A stretch of DNA of 63,879 bases, counting the filler, from Globobulimina sp. (Eukaryota): the NCBI GenBank assembly GCA_003354225.1. It is 15 parts of 15 records of this genome, joined end to end, with 100 filler letters (N's around TTAATTAATTAA, not from the genome) between each part and the next. Parts side by side here need not be neighbours in the genome. Positions count along the whole stretch, not along the records: positions 46,936 to 51,096 come from PIVH01001537.1; positions 51,197 to 55,357 come from PIVH01001538.1; positions 55,458 to 59,618 come from PIVH01001539.1; positions 59,719 to 63,879 come from PIVH01001540.1; 11 more parts are not named here. One strand, given 5' to 3'. A model generated the notes under the pieces. The model made no database searches, had not been told where the DNA came from, and saw only the letters and a program-made list of their open reading frames with translations. How positions within the stretch are numbered: the first letter of the stretch is position 1; every line of letters begins with the position of its first letter. This document shows positions 48,880 to 60,094 of the stretch, in pieces. A program made the translations under genes and the position numbers.

Positions 48880-50487
48880 ATGTCTTGTCCAGTCTCGCCG
48901 AATAGTGCGCTTTTCAAGCAATTGCCAATAATCATGTTTGAGATACTATTTGTTTATTTCTTGATCACTCGATTTAGCATTGCATTTGTTTCTATTTCTG
49001 GTGGATTTTTTGCGCTGATTTTATTGTATTGCATGTATTTATATAAATTTAAATATCGACGTTTATATGATTTTAAACATGATGGTAACCATATTAATGA
49101 TAAATATATTCCAATACCATCCATATCGACAGACAAAGACATCCAACAAATTGTGGTTTATTGCTATAAAACTGGCACAAAAACAAACAGTATGTATCCT
49201 TTTGCAAGTCCTCAAAATTTTAATTTATTAGCAACAAGCGTCCCCTTTCAAGAAATTAACGTTAATCAATTTATAAATTCATGGAAAGATTCCAGCCAAA
49301 TAGTTAAACCATATTGCATTGACCCATTTGATTTATCCGTTTGGTTTATCAATGTCAATAATGAGAGCATACAAAGTTTTAATTCCAACTTAGCCTCAAA
49401 CCAATATGATTGGAATAAAACATGTGAAGCTTATTCTGATTGTATTTTATATCGAATATCAAAAGTGGACTTTATAAAACTATGTAAATTGATGCAAACG
49501 AAGGGTTTAATTAAAAATATGAAATTTATGTCAGCTCATTTATGTTTGCTATATGATACTGATTATAATAAAGGTTCGACCGCTCACAATTTAGGTTATG
49601 CAATGAAACTGTTATCAGCTGATAAGTGCATACAATTTATCTCAAATCATTGTGGTTTGACAGGTTTACAGTTTAGATTGGTCCAATTAAGAAGAAGTAT
49701 GAATAAATGTGAGATTAGAAAATTTAAATCACAGTTAATTATGCTGTTGCATCATTATTTTTTGCTGTTTTATGGCAATATACGCAGTGCTGATAAAGTT
49801 GTATTAGACATGAATAGTTTTGATATATTTTGGAATGATTATTTACTGATCGCATTGCCTGGCGTCCAAAGGATATTTGTGTATCAAAGCATTTATAAAT
49901 CCATTGAACGTGCATACAGTAAATATATTGAACAGGATTCAATTTGTTATTTTTTGTCATTCTTTTGTTTGGACGACATTTATATTCGATATTGCACAGA
50001 ATATCCATATTATTATATGTTGCAAGAAACTATTGACAAATTTGATGAGTTTCATAGTGATTTTATCCATAATGGAGCTGTCAATGTTAATATGCATACA
50101 AGAGATGTAGCGGTATTAAGTGGACGGGATACTATGTTTGATTTTTCATGTCAAATATTAGCATTATTTATATATGTAATGCATTGTTTGGATGATAAGA
50201 AAAGAAAACAAAATGGAATAACGGAAATGAAACATAATTTTCTTGTGGTTCGGTATGATACGGATTTATGTGGTAAAGGAACTGAAATAATCTCATCATT
50301 ATTCCGAAAATTAGGATGGAATATAAATACAAATAATTTGCAAAGCAAAAATAAAGTAATTCAATTTTTACAATCAACACAACATAAAAATTATCAGCCA
50401 AAACTGCTCAATGAACAACAATTGAAAAGAATGTCGTTTCTGTTTGTTCAATATGAAAGTTGTGATTATGTTCATGATATTCAATGA
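48880..50487 (+). CDS. Membrane-anchored protein, possibly of divergent sulfotransferase/P-loop-like fold
   Basis: 535-aa ORF with N-terminal TMs and weak 'KGST' and 'VVRYDTDL' (cf. RYEDL) motifs. The function call is weak. Confidence 0.5.
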   Translation: MSCPVSPNSALFKQLPIIMFEILFVYFLITRFSIAFVSISGGFFALILLYCMYLYKFKYRRLYDFKHDGNHINDKYIPIPSISTDKDIQQIVVYCYKTGTKTNSMYPFASPQNFNLLATSVPFQEINVNQFINSWKDSSQIVKPYCIDPFDLSVWFINVNNESIQSFNSNLASNQYDWNKTCEAYSDCILYRISKVDFIKLCKLMQTKGLIKNMKFMSAHLCLLYDTDYNKGSTAHNLGYAMKLLSADKCIQFISNHCGLTGLQFRLVQLRRSMNKCEIRKFKSQLIMLLHHYFLLFYGNIRSADKVVLDMNSFDIFWNDYLLIALPGVQRIFVYQSIYKSIERAYSKYIEQDSICYFLSFFCLDDIYIRYCTEYPYYYMLQETIDKFDEFHSDFIHNGAVNVNMHTRDVAVLSGRDTMFDFSCQILALFIYVMHCLDDKKRKQNGITEMKHNFLVVRYDTDLCGKGTEIISSLFRKLGWNINTNNLQSKNKVIQFLQSTQHKNYQPKLLNEQQLKRMSFLFVQYESCDYVHDIQ

Positions 50488-50515
50488 TTTGTCATTATTG
50501 AAACTGTGCAAATAA

Positions 50516-50588
50516 TGGAGTACCCGGGTTTCGATCCCGGTGCCTTAACGTTGCGAACGCTACGCGCTTCCGATTGCGCCAGTACCCC
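50516..50588 (-). tRNA. tRNA-Ala(CGC)
   Basis: GGGGTAC/GTACTCC-A acceptor with G3:U70; anticodon arm TAGCG-TTCGCAA-CGTTA; T-loop GGATCGAAACC. Confidence 0.95.
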
Positions 50589-50998
50589 ACACACACAATA
50601 TTTCATTTTATGAATGTGTTATTTGCATTTGATATATAAACATCTGCTTTATATTCATGCAATTATGGGATATACATAGAAATTAAAGGATGGCTAGCTG
50701 ACTTGAAAACTTTCCAGACTGTGATCGGATCGGATCGGAACACAGTTGGTATAGTGTAGATTTAATTTGCTGATAAATGCCACGTATTACTTTATTTTTC
50801 TTTCTTTATCCAGCCAAAGCCAAACAAAGTCTCACTGTCTCACAAACAGAAATATTTATTCCATGAAGCCACAATTAACAGCATCATGGTTCAATTTGTC
50901 TTCTTGTGAAATTTGATAATAAAATTAAGTGTTTGAGTTAAATAATGCATATAGATGTCGGATATCCCACATAAGCAATAATTTAATAATTATGATAT

Positions 50999-51089
50999 GC
51001 GTGGATGATCTTCACTGCATTGTGTGGTGTGCAGACTTCAAATCTGTAGGTGTATAACAACACAGTGGTTCGATTCCACCTTCTGTGCG
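50999..51089 (+). tRNA. tRNA-Sec(UCA), selenocysteine tRNA
   Basis: GCGTGGATG/CTTCTGTGC-G 9-bp acceptor; 4-bp T stem GTGG-TTCGATT-CCAC; anticodon arm TGCAGA-CTTCAAA-TCTGTA; long variable arm GTGT..ACAC; G discriminator. This is the eukaryotic 9/4 fold. Confidence 0.9.
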
Positions 51090-51196
51090 GTAACTGNNNN
51101 NNNNNNNNNNNNNNNNNNNNNNNNNNNNNNNNNNNNNNNNTTAATTAATTAANNNNNNNNNNNNNNNNNNNNNNNNNNNNNNNNNNNNNNNNNNNN

Positions 51197-51837
51197 TCTG
51201 TACTGACTGATCATAAATTGCAAGCATTATTAACTATTAATTCCTCGCTTGTAAACAAGAAGAATAATGATAATAATTCCAATATTAGTTCTACTGATAA
51301 TGCTAATATTAATATTATAAATGTCAATAATGTTAATAATACCAATAACAATAACACTAATAACAATTATTATAATTATCCCATTGCAACCACTGTCAAT
51401 CAATTACTGTTACAACCACATTTAATGCGCATGCCGCGATTATCCGTACCACCAATAATGCCACAAATGCATAATCATAATAATAATAATACGCACGCGA
51501 ATAACGTGAATTTATTACCTACCATAAATATAACACCGTTGTTTGTAAACAACAATCTAAATAGTTGCGTGATTTTATATTAATTAATATGATAACACAT
51601 ACAAATATATTAAATATACAAATTAAACACAGGTTACTTGATACGCTGTCCGAGCAATGATTTCAATGTGCAAATAGATGTAAATACGAATCATAATTAT
51701 AACCGTAATAATAATAATTATGTTTTAACGCATTCTCATGAACTGCTGCCATTGTCAGGTAAGTGGATTTTCCGTATATGTATCTGTATAAGAACAACTA
51801 GTTTTTTTTTATTAGATTGCCGGTGGTCTCCGCTGTA
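51197..51837 (+). CDS. 3' end of an Asn-rich low-complexity protein (multi-exon)
   Basis: Open N-rich frame from the contig edge, followed by short GT-AG-bounded exons. No recognisable domain. Confidence 0.45.
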
Positions 51838-52062
51838 AACAACATTGGACAGAATGCAGAACAGAACACATATATTAGAGTGCTTCATTATTTTTATTAC
51901 ATACTTGTGAGTTTTATTTTAATTACAAACAAAAAAGCGTATATATTGTATACTAGCGTAACATACTAGTTTAAATCCTTAATCCTTGGCAACAAAAAAG
52001 TTTTGTTGATCTTTCTTGTCAACTAAAAGTTTTTCAAATAGTTTAAAACAACTAAAATTAAA

Positions 52063-53601
52063 ATGTCACAGCCCTCAACGCCAAAGAAGAACAGTTCCAC
52101 ATCGCCCAGGTCGCCGCAACTGGAGGTTGCTGATAAAACACCGCACCCAGACTTCACCGGCAAATGGAGGTTGTCACAGTACAAAGGCATTGAAGAATAT
52201 TTGAAGAGCGAAGGTTGGAGTTGGATGCTGAGGAAAGCCATTTCAAAATTAGGCAATACGCAATTCATTTATCATCATCATGAATGCAGATATGATGGTG
52301 TGGAGCAGCAGCATTTGACCATAAAATCCGTGTATAAAGGCGGTATATATGAGCTAATCTCAAATGCAAATTTAAACGACAAACAAGAGATAAAATATAA
52401 AGACAAAAACGGTGATAAAATAATATCTGTCTTCAAATGGAATAAAGCCAAAAATGAAATCATTGAGTTCTTATTGAAAGAAATGCCGCGCAACGCCGTA
52501 TACAGTGAGAAAAACAGACGAAAGAGAGCCAAAATCAAACACAAATCATATACAAAATGCCGATATATCGATAGCGACGGACGAATGATTGAGAGCATCA
52601 CCAACGAGATTGGCAAGGAATGTATTTCCATTTATGTTAAGGACAACGATGAGTCTCTCAGCATCCAGCAGTTAAAAAATATATTACATTTACCAGTCAC
52701 TGATGTCGACAGTCACAGTCCCGACATTGCTGACAAATTACCGCAATTTCCTCGCGATATCATGGATATAATCATATTGATGCAAGCAAATGCCGCCGAC
52801 GACGAGAAGCTAACTGTGGGAAATATTGCGATTCAGAAAGAAATTGCAGAAATAAATGGAGCAATGGAAATATTGAAAGGCAAATTGGCTGCAAAAACGC
52901 AAGAGTTAAAGGCCAATATATTAGCAAATGATGTTGTGATATCCAATAAGAATATGATTAATAAATGGAAAGAGTTTGAGAGTGAATGGAGTAAATGGGA
53001 CACAGTATATTTTATGGGTTGGCTGGAGAGGATTCGATGGCAAAATAAGTCTTACGCTGAGTATGAAAATTTGAATAAAAGGAGTATTAATAAATATTGT
53101 ATGAAAAACTTTAATTCCGCACATTTCACTGGAAAGTATTTGGTGAAGTTTGATCGCGATGCCATTCGCCAGATTGGTATCCAAGACGAAGAAGATTCGT
53201 TTTGTATTTATCAGCAGATCTTAGGATTAATCGAGAAAAATCCGTTGAAAAAATATGTGTCGCCGTTACAATATCAGACGAAAAGGAAAAAAAACAAAAT
53301 AAATGCCGATGGAGATGTAGGTAATGATATGGATGTGAAGGATGTAGAGGATGTGGAGGAGGATGATTTGGATGATTTGCACAACGTTTTGAATGATATT
53401 GGATTGAGCGAATATTATGAGATATTTAAGAAAAATGGATTTGAGGAGATGGAGACAATTGTGGCTTGTGTTAAACATAAAGGAATTGAATATGTGGAGA
53501 AAAATATATTGGCGCACAAATTGAAAATAAATAAAATTGAACATAGAATGAGATTGTTACATGCATTTAAAAAATATTTTGAAACTGACACGCTTGTATA
53601 A
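52063..53601 (+). CDS. FABP/lipocalin-like N-terminal domain, coiled coil and two SAM-like domains
   Basis: FABP signature 'DFTGKWRL....GIEEYLKSEGWSWMLRKAI'. SAM-like 'WSKWD....WL...FTGKYL......IRQIGI' and 'LNDIGLSEYYEIFKKNGFE...KIEHRMRLL'. Confidence 0.72.
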   Translation: MSQPSTPKKNSSTSPRSPQLEVADKTPHPDFTGKWRLSQYKGIEEYLKSEGWSWMLRKAISKLGNTQFIYHHHECRYDGVEQQHLTIKSVYKGGIYELISNANLNDKQEIKYKDKNGDKIISVFKWNKAKNEIIEFLLKEMPRNAVYSEKNRRKRAKIKHKSYTKCRYIDSDGRMIESITNEIGKECISIYVKDNDESLSIQQLKNILHLPVTDVDSHSPDIADKLPQFPRDIMDIIILMQANAADDEKLTVGNIAIQKEIAEINGAMEILKGKLAAKTQELKANILANDVVISNKNMINKWKEFESEWSKWDTVYFMGWLERIRWQNKSYAEYENLNKRSINKYCMKNFNSAHFTGKYLVKFDRDAIRQIGIQDEEDSFCIYQQILGLIEKNPLKKYVSPLQYQTKRKKNKINADGDVGNDMDVKDVEDVEEDDLDDLHNVLNDIGLSEYYEIFKKNGFEEMETIVACVKHKGIEYVEKNILAHKLKINKIEHRMRLLHAFKKYFETDTLV

Positions 53602-53902
53602 ATCTATAATAATAATATTGTTTTTATTTCATTGGGTATCTATTCACAAATATCAAATAATTAACTCAACATTGGTCAGGCCTTAATGATTAAAAACAGC
53701 TTACATGAAACATTTTGTCGTGCAAAAAGTCCGATACTATAAAGAGACAGATATTATCGGAGTTTGTGCATGAATAAAATGTTTCATTTGAGCTGTTTTA
53801 ATCTTAGTGAAGTACTCAAAAATCCTTGCATGTTGTTAATGCCGTCACAAGTTCTACTCTGTGTATGTGACACACTTACTATCATTGTCACAATCATTAG
53901 AA

Positions 53903-55357
53903 TCATTTAACAAGATTTAATTGCATAGAAATAAGTTGATTTCCTTCTTGGGAATCACTGGTTTTTTGTGCTTGTATCCTTCTGCCACAATAAAATACAA
54001 TTCTATCACTAACAACAGTAACGCCACCACCAATGGCTGGTCTATTGTCATAAGAAGTTGTTGGACATGATAGCCTATGAATGTATGAACCATTTAATAG
54101 ATTATGAACAAATATATCACCACTTATTGATGGGATAAATATCATATCATTTACAATAGTAATACCACCATAAAATTTACCTCTTTGTTTCGAATACTTC
54201 ACCGGTTCATTATCAATATTATCCATAATAGCTGGATATATCACACATTCTGATTCATTGTTAACAGAACATGTTTCATTTGCCGGTAGCATGGATGTAT
54301 TATCATAGGCTCTCTCACATAATGATCCATTCAACATTGACCAATCGACATATTCATCATACACAATATCACGGCATTCACTATTATTAAACAAGGTGCT
54401 CCTTCCAAATGGATTAATGATTTGGAACAATGTATAACCTGTATTCAAATCTATTGCATGGACAGAACCAGTTTCACAAACAACGTTGTTATCCGCTGTC
54501 GCATATTTGTATTTTTGTGTGTCATCAACGGTCGTCAAACCGCCTGAAATCGATGCAATAGCAATGTTGCGCAAAGTGGAAATTGCCAATGAAAACGAGT
54601 TAGCGCCGCCTGCACAGTGAAAAAACATTATACTTTTACCGTTATATTAGATGCAAATATATATTATCAACCTGTTGAACTCCAAGGACCTACTTTTTTG
54701 CTGATCAAAACCTGTCCAGATGGGATTTCCACCATATAAAACATTCCATTTTTTTGATGTGCAAATGCATGATAAATACCATCAACATCCGATTTTTGAA
54801 CAGATACAGCAGCTAAATCAGAATCTGTTCCTTCAAACTCTGGACACGGCGGCGGTTTGCCTTGAATTTCGCAGCCAGCATTCCATGCATCCACTCCTTG
54901 CAAAGGCACTGCAAATACTAATTCAAATGTTGACACATTCAAAACAATTAACGAATCAATAAATATGTCGTTTTCTAAACATTTCCAATACATATAATCA
55001 CTCTGATTCTCGCCGCATGGATTCAAATCATATGAATTATTCAAATTAGAAATACCTTTGAAACAATCATTAATATAATCTGGATACACCGACAAATCGC
55101 CACTACCAAAAACAATGTACGAGTCAATCATTGCGGGGAAATTCCAGATACCTCCACCAATGTATCCATTCTCGCTCTCATTTAATCGCAAAATAGCATC
55201 GTTTTTAGTGGCAGGAATCGTATAAAATTCATCCACAATTTCATGTTGCTCCAAAGCAACTTTTATCAAACGTCCTTTGAATTGATTAAAGTGAATGTTT
55301 TGATTTTTAGCTGAAGGCCGCCAGCCGAAAAATGATAATCCTCCATAAGCAAATATC
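53903..55357 (-). CDS. PQQ-type beta-propeller, polyvinyl-alcohol-dehydrogenase-like, 5'-truncated
   Basis: 'GGGIWNFPAM....VFGSGD', 'DSLIVLN', 'DAWNAGC', 'GTDSDL', 'QKNGMFY', 'VGPWSSTG-GGA'. Intron 54610-54671. Confidence 0.72.
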
Positions 55358-55457
55358 NNNNNNNNNNNNNNNNNNNNNNNNNNNNNNNNNNNNNNNNNNN
55401 NTTAATTAATTAANNNNNNNNNNNNNNNNNNNNNNNNNNNNNNNNNNNNNNNNNNNN

Positions 55458-58214
55458 TAATCATGAAACGGATTTGGAGAATGCAGTGCGAAAAACATTG
55501 CAACAGTTTAACGAGAGCAGTAAGGGCAGACATAAAAAGATGGTGTTGTTTAATAATTGCAATTTTGAGAAGATGCAATTCGTGCAAGATGTGTGTAGTA
55601 TCTCTAGAATGGCGCATAATGAGTCTGTGGAAGTCACAGTGGTAAATATTGGGGTAACTGATGGTAATATAAATATTTATAATCACACACAATGTTTGCA
55701 TGGGGATAATCCAGACAGATTTATTGTGGTTGAAGATGTTAACACTGCATCCTTCGCAGAGGTTATACCTGCATTTGTCAATGCGGTTTGTGGTGAAAAC
55801 GAAGTACCTACTTTGAAACCCTCAAATTCTCCCACAAATAGACCAAGTATGTCACCATCGGATGTGCCTACATTTAATCCAAGTCTCTCCCCATCCGATG
55901 TGCCTACATATAATCCAACATCCAAACCTACCGCGTTTCCCACTGATACACCAACACCTGAACCAACCCCATCTCCTATCTACGGCATAATATGTGACAG
56001 AAACGATTTAGATATAATATTCCTTGTGGATAATTCCTGTATTATGCCCAGTGAATGTGGTACTCGACAAGATGTAATATCAGACTTAGTGGCAGCTCTC
56101 AAACAACAGAAAAAGCCCAGAATTGCCTATGCGACCTATGGTAATTTTATTGAGTTTGCGGTAAGTTTATCTGACGCATATTTTAATACTGGTCAAGGAA
56201 ATATCATTACTGATTTCACGAATTTTCTGCGCCAAATGTCGTGCGATCCGGTGATTACTGCGAAGAGCTTAGATGTCGAATATGTTATGAATCGAACATT
56301 GAATCATTTTCAAACGTATTCGAACGAGAATACCCATAAAAAAATAATATTTATAAACAGCTGCGAGGATCCATTCATATCCGATGCCTGTAATATACCG
56401 AGAGTGGTATTTGACGATATTGTCGAAGTTACAGTGATCAATTTATATCTACAACAAAGCGATATTACTCACAGATATATGGACTGTATGTTCGATGGCG
56501 ATGATAACTTATTTGTTATTGAAGAACTTAATGTACACTCGTTTGAAGATGAAATAGTAGATTTTGTTGATGTTGTATGCGTCGAGAATGATACGCCTGA
56601 TCCCACTGTGTCGCCTACACATAATCCAACCTATGATCCAACCGAAACGCCTACAAATAATCCGAGTGAAACACCTACAACGCAGCCAAGCAGCGATCCA
56701 ACGGAACAATGTATTGCCACTGGTGACATTTGTCATGGTGTAGTACAATGTTGTGAGCTGAAACGAGCCTGTTCAAATATTGGGTTTTATGGCGTAAATG
56801 ATACGTATTGCTGTATCCCGTTGGATGAGAAATGCAATGATGAACATACGTGTTGTGGTGATACTCATTGTGACGTATTTGGAAGAATATGTACAGCGAA
56901 TCCCACAGCTACACCAACAAAGGCAGCAGAACCAACAAATAATCCAACACCTGAACCTACGCCAAGGCCTACGAATTATCCCACTGACACGTTAAGTGTT
57001 GTATTATTTAATTATTGTTTCGTATCTTTTTGGTGTTTTACGCAGATGTATGTTGGTTGGGGAACAGTGTAGCGACGCAGCGGATTGTTGTGATAAGGCA
57101 TTATGCGAAGTGATTGAGGCATGGGATGTTGAATATCGATGTTGTATTGCAATTGATAAGCCGTGTGATTTGGGATTTAGTTGTTGCGGTGACACTTATT
57201 GTGATGTAAACGACAGTAACAAATGTACAGCAAATCCGACGACTACACCAAATCCATCGCCACAACCAACCAAGAGGCCGAGTGGTAAACCTACGACGGA
57301 TCCGACGGAACAGCCAACATCTCAACCAACAGAATTGTTAAGTTGCAAGAATACATTATTTCATATATATTCTTTGAATATACTGCAATATTAAACAAGC
57401 CATTTTATTCCATATTACACCGCAGACACAACGATTAAGCTAATTTCGTTGTGTCTGCAGTGTCATACATTTGATTTAAAGTTAAACATGAAAATAAATA
57501 AATAGATGCCAAGAGATCTCATTTGAATGCAACCACCAATCCGAATGCTGTGAATCCAAAGCATTATGTCAACAAATTGGTATACATGGTGCCAACAAAT
57601 GTTGTGTCTCACACAATAATAAATGTAGAATGGATACCCAATGTTGCGGAGATTCATATTGCGATGTTAATAGCACTGAAACATGCCAAGCCTCTTTGCC
57701 TGACATTGAAACCCCTCATCCTACGCAATATCCAACCTATTCCCCAACCGATAGCTGTATACAACTTGGAGTGCAATGTACAAATACAAATGAATGTTGC
57801 CAGCATGTTAAAACCGAATGTGATACACTTGCTGTTTTATCACAAGGTTTAAGATGTTGTATCCCTCCAAATGAAGCATGCAATGATGATTTCCAGATTT
57901 GTTGCGGCAATGCAAATTGCAATGCAGATGAGAATCTATGCAAATTAATTGCTATTCCAACACCAAGGCCCACTAAATCACCAACACATGTTCGGCCTCA
58001 ACCGTCGCCAAAAGGGATTTGGTGGAGATTGCGTGACTCGGAAAGTGATAGTGGTTCAAGTAGCAGTTCGTCATCCAGCTCCAGCAGCAGTTCATCGTCA
58101 AAGTCCAGCAGCAGTAGCAGTAGCAGCAGTAGTTCCAGTTCGAGCTCCTCCAGCTCTTCTTCGTCGAGTTCCAGTTCAAATAACAAATACCGAATGAATC
58201 GATTGCAATGGTAG
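55458..58214 (+). CDS. Secreted/surface protein: vWA domains, PT repeats, Cys-rich CC-containing modules, poly-Ser tail; 5'-truncated
   Basis: vWA 'LDIIFLVDNS...KKIIFIN'. Repeated C-x6-C-x5-CC knottin-like units separated by PTxxPT linkers. Introns near 56991-57045 and 57337-57505. Confidence 0.78.
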
Positions 58215-59385
58215 TTGGTACTATAATTTTTTAACAAATTCTGAGTATATTTAATGTTATATAGCTTTTGAATTTTTTATTTTTCTTTTGTTAATGTTGT
58301 GAATAATTTTTATATGTTTTATTTTTTTTTTGAGTGTTTGAAGCGTTTCTTTTTTATTTTTGTTATTGTGATGTTTACTATTTATGAAATATGAATGTTG
58401 GTTTTTATGTTTTTAGGTTTGTATTTATAATATTTTGCTATTATTATCACTTATCAGTATTCCGTCCATGCCTTGCATTTATTTTTTAATTTTTGTTGTA
58501 TTTTTTTTTTACAACATTTATATTTCATTGACTTGAATTCGATCTTATAATTTACATATTTTTTTTTCAATATTGCCTACATATGTTTACTTTTTCAAGT
58601 GTGTGAATGAATGAATGATATGACATTAAATTCTAACAATTGCTCTGTGTGTCAAGACACATTTATATTCTTTTTTTTTCAACTATTTGTATTTTTTTTT
58701 CTCATTTTAATTGAGTGTATTGTGCGTTGGGTTAATAATAATTTTTTTCTGACTTTGGGTTAATTGCACTAGTATAGTTCAGAAGCAATTATTGCGTTGC
58801 ATATCAAAGTGTAACATGTAGTTTCATGATAACCACCACCTGGTTCAATTATCTGAGAAACGCTTTGCAAATCCAGAAACGGTTTTCTATATATAGGTCA
58901 ACTTCGAATACTAGGTTGAAAACCAGTCTAACTAAACCAAAAACTTAGCTAATCGTTGAAATGAAACTAACTAAGCCAAAAAAGTTAAATACTGCGCCAT
59001 TTCCGTGCATTGTTAGAATATTAGCAATTTGTATTTGTGTTAATTATTCAGGAGAATAAGCCTCAATGTTATTGGAACTGGCATCCAATAATAATTCATA
59101 TCATTTTGTTTATACTCATTCAATTGTATTCCATCGATCATAAACACACAAAAAATAAAAGCATTGGCAAATTAAACTTCCATTAATAATTACCACCATT
59201 ACACACAAACAACAAATATCGCGATCTAACAAGATAGAGATCTGTTGAATATGTATATAAATTATATATGTATATATATAACAAAAATGTGTGTTGTCGG
59301 TGCAAAGTGCAGTAGTTTATATATGAGATGCATTTTAATGAAATGCCAGATCAGTTTAATAACAGTACTCATTGTATTTGTAATT

Positions 59386-59457
59386 GCGTCATTAGTTCAG
59401 TGGTTAGAATACGCCGTTGCCAACGGTGTGGCCCGGGTTCGATTCCCGGATGACGCA
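59386..59457 (+). tRNA. tRNA-Gly(GCC)
   Basis: GCGTCAT/ATGACGC-A acceptor; anticodon arm CGCCG-TTGCCAA-CGGTG; GGTTCGATTCC. Confidence 0.96.
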
Positions 59458-59465
59458 CTCTTTCT

Positions 59466-59547
59466 GGCACTATGGCCGAGTGGTTAAGGCGTTAGATTCG
59501 AAATCTAATGGGTGTTACCCGCGTGAGTTCAAATCTCACTGGTGTCG
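59466..59547 (+). tRNA. tRNA-Ser(CGA)
   Basis: GGCACTA/TGGTGTC-G acceptor; TTAGA-TTCGAAA-TCTAA; variable arm GGGT..ACCC; GTTCAAAT. Confidence 0.95.
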
Positions 59548-59561
59548 TTTTCTTTTTTTTT
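59548..59561 (+). terminator. Pol III oligo-T terminator
   Basis: TTTTCTTTTTTTTT immediately after tRNA-Ser. Confidence 0.75.
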
Positions 59562-59718
59562 AACAAACATCACAAATAAATATTCAACTTCATTTTATTG
59601 TTAGATGCGGAATTTATANNNNNNNNNNNNNNNNNNNNNNNNNNNNNNNNNNNNNNNNNNNNTTAATTAATTAANNNNNNNNNNNNNNNNNNNNNNNNNN
59701 NNNNNNNNNNNNNNNNNN

Positions 59719-60081
59719 ATAGTAAATCTATTAAATCTAAATCTATTTTCATTTTCATTGCTTTTTTGAGCTGTATTTTTTTAAATAATTTTTGTTTGAA
59801 CGATGTAATATCCTTTTTGTCATTGCCTCCATGCAATATCCTATATAAAAGCTCAAAAACATATAATCGAGACCTCTCCGAAAAATATGATTTGTGAATC
59901 GTGATTGAATCTCAGTTTCCAAAATTTATGTTATCGGGCTATTCTAACACAAAGTTCAACGATCTTTTAGCGTGAAAACCTTTCAGTGTCGGGGCAGTAG
60001 AAAGTAATAAAAAGCAGTTTTAAATGCTACAAAAACAAACAAACAAAAACAAAATAGATTTAGATTTAATAGATTTACTAT
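59719..60081. mobile_element. MITE-like element with perfect 31-bp inverted ends
   Basis: ATAGTAAATCTATTAAATCTAAATCTATTTT (59719-59749) is the exact reverse complement of 60051-60081. The ends can be read as TA|GTAAATCT...AGATTTAC|TA. Confidence 0.72.
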
Positions 60082-60094
60082 TATTTATAAAATT

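Noticed and set aside
50715-50765. Hairpin CTGTG-(GATCG)n-CACAG and a D-arm-like 'CAGTTGGTATAG' between two tRNAs
   Set aside because: No T-arm or B-box and no cloverleaf; too weak to call an RNA gene.
58905-58990. Short imperfect direct repeat CTAACTAA(A/G)CCAAAAA
   Set aside because: Two copies in AT-rich intergenic DNA, with no further structure.
4172-59718. Regularly spaced TTAATTAATTAA motif every ~4.27 kb, and ORFs containing X or ending 'LIN'
   Set aside because: Artificial six-frame-stop linkers between size-sorted contigs. Adjacency across spacers carries no biological meaning, so no cross-contig gene cluster is claimed.
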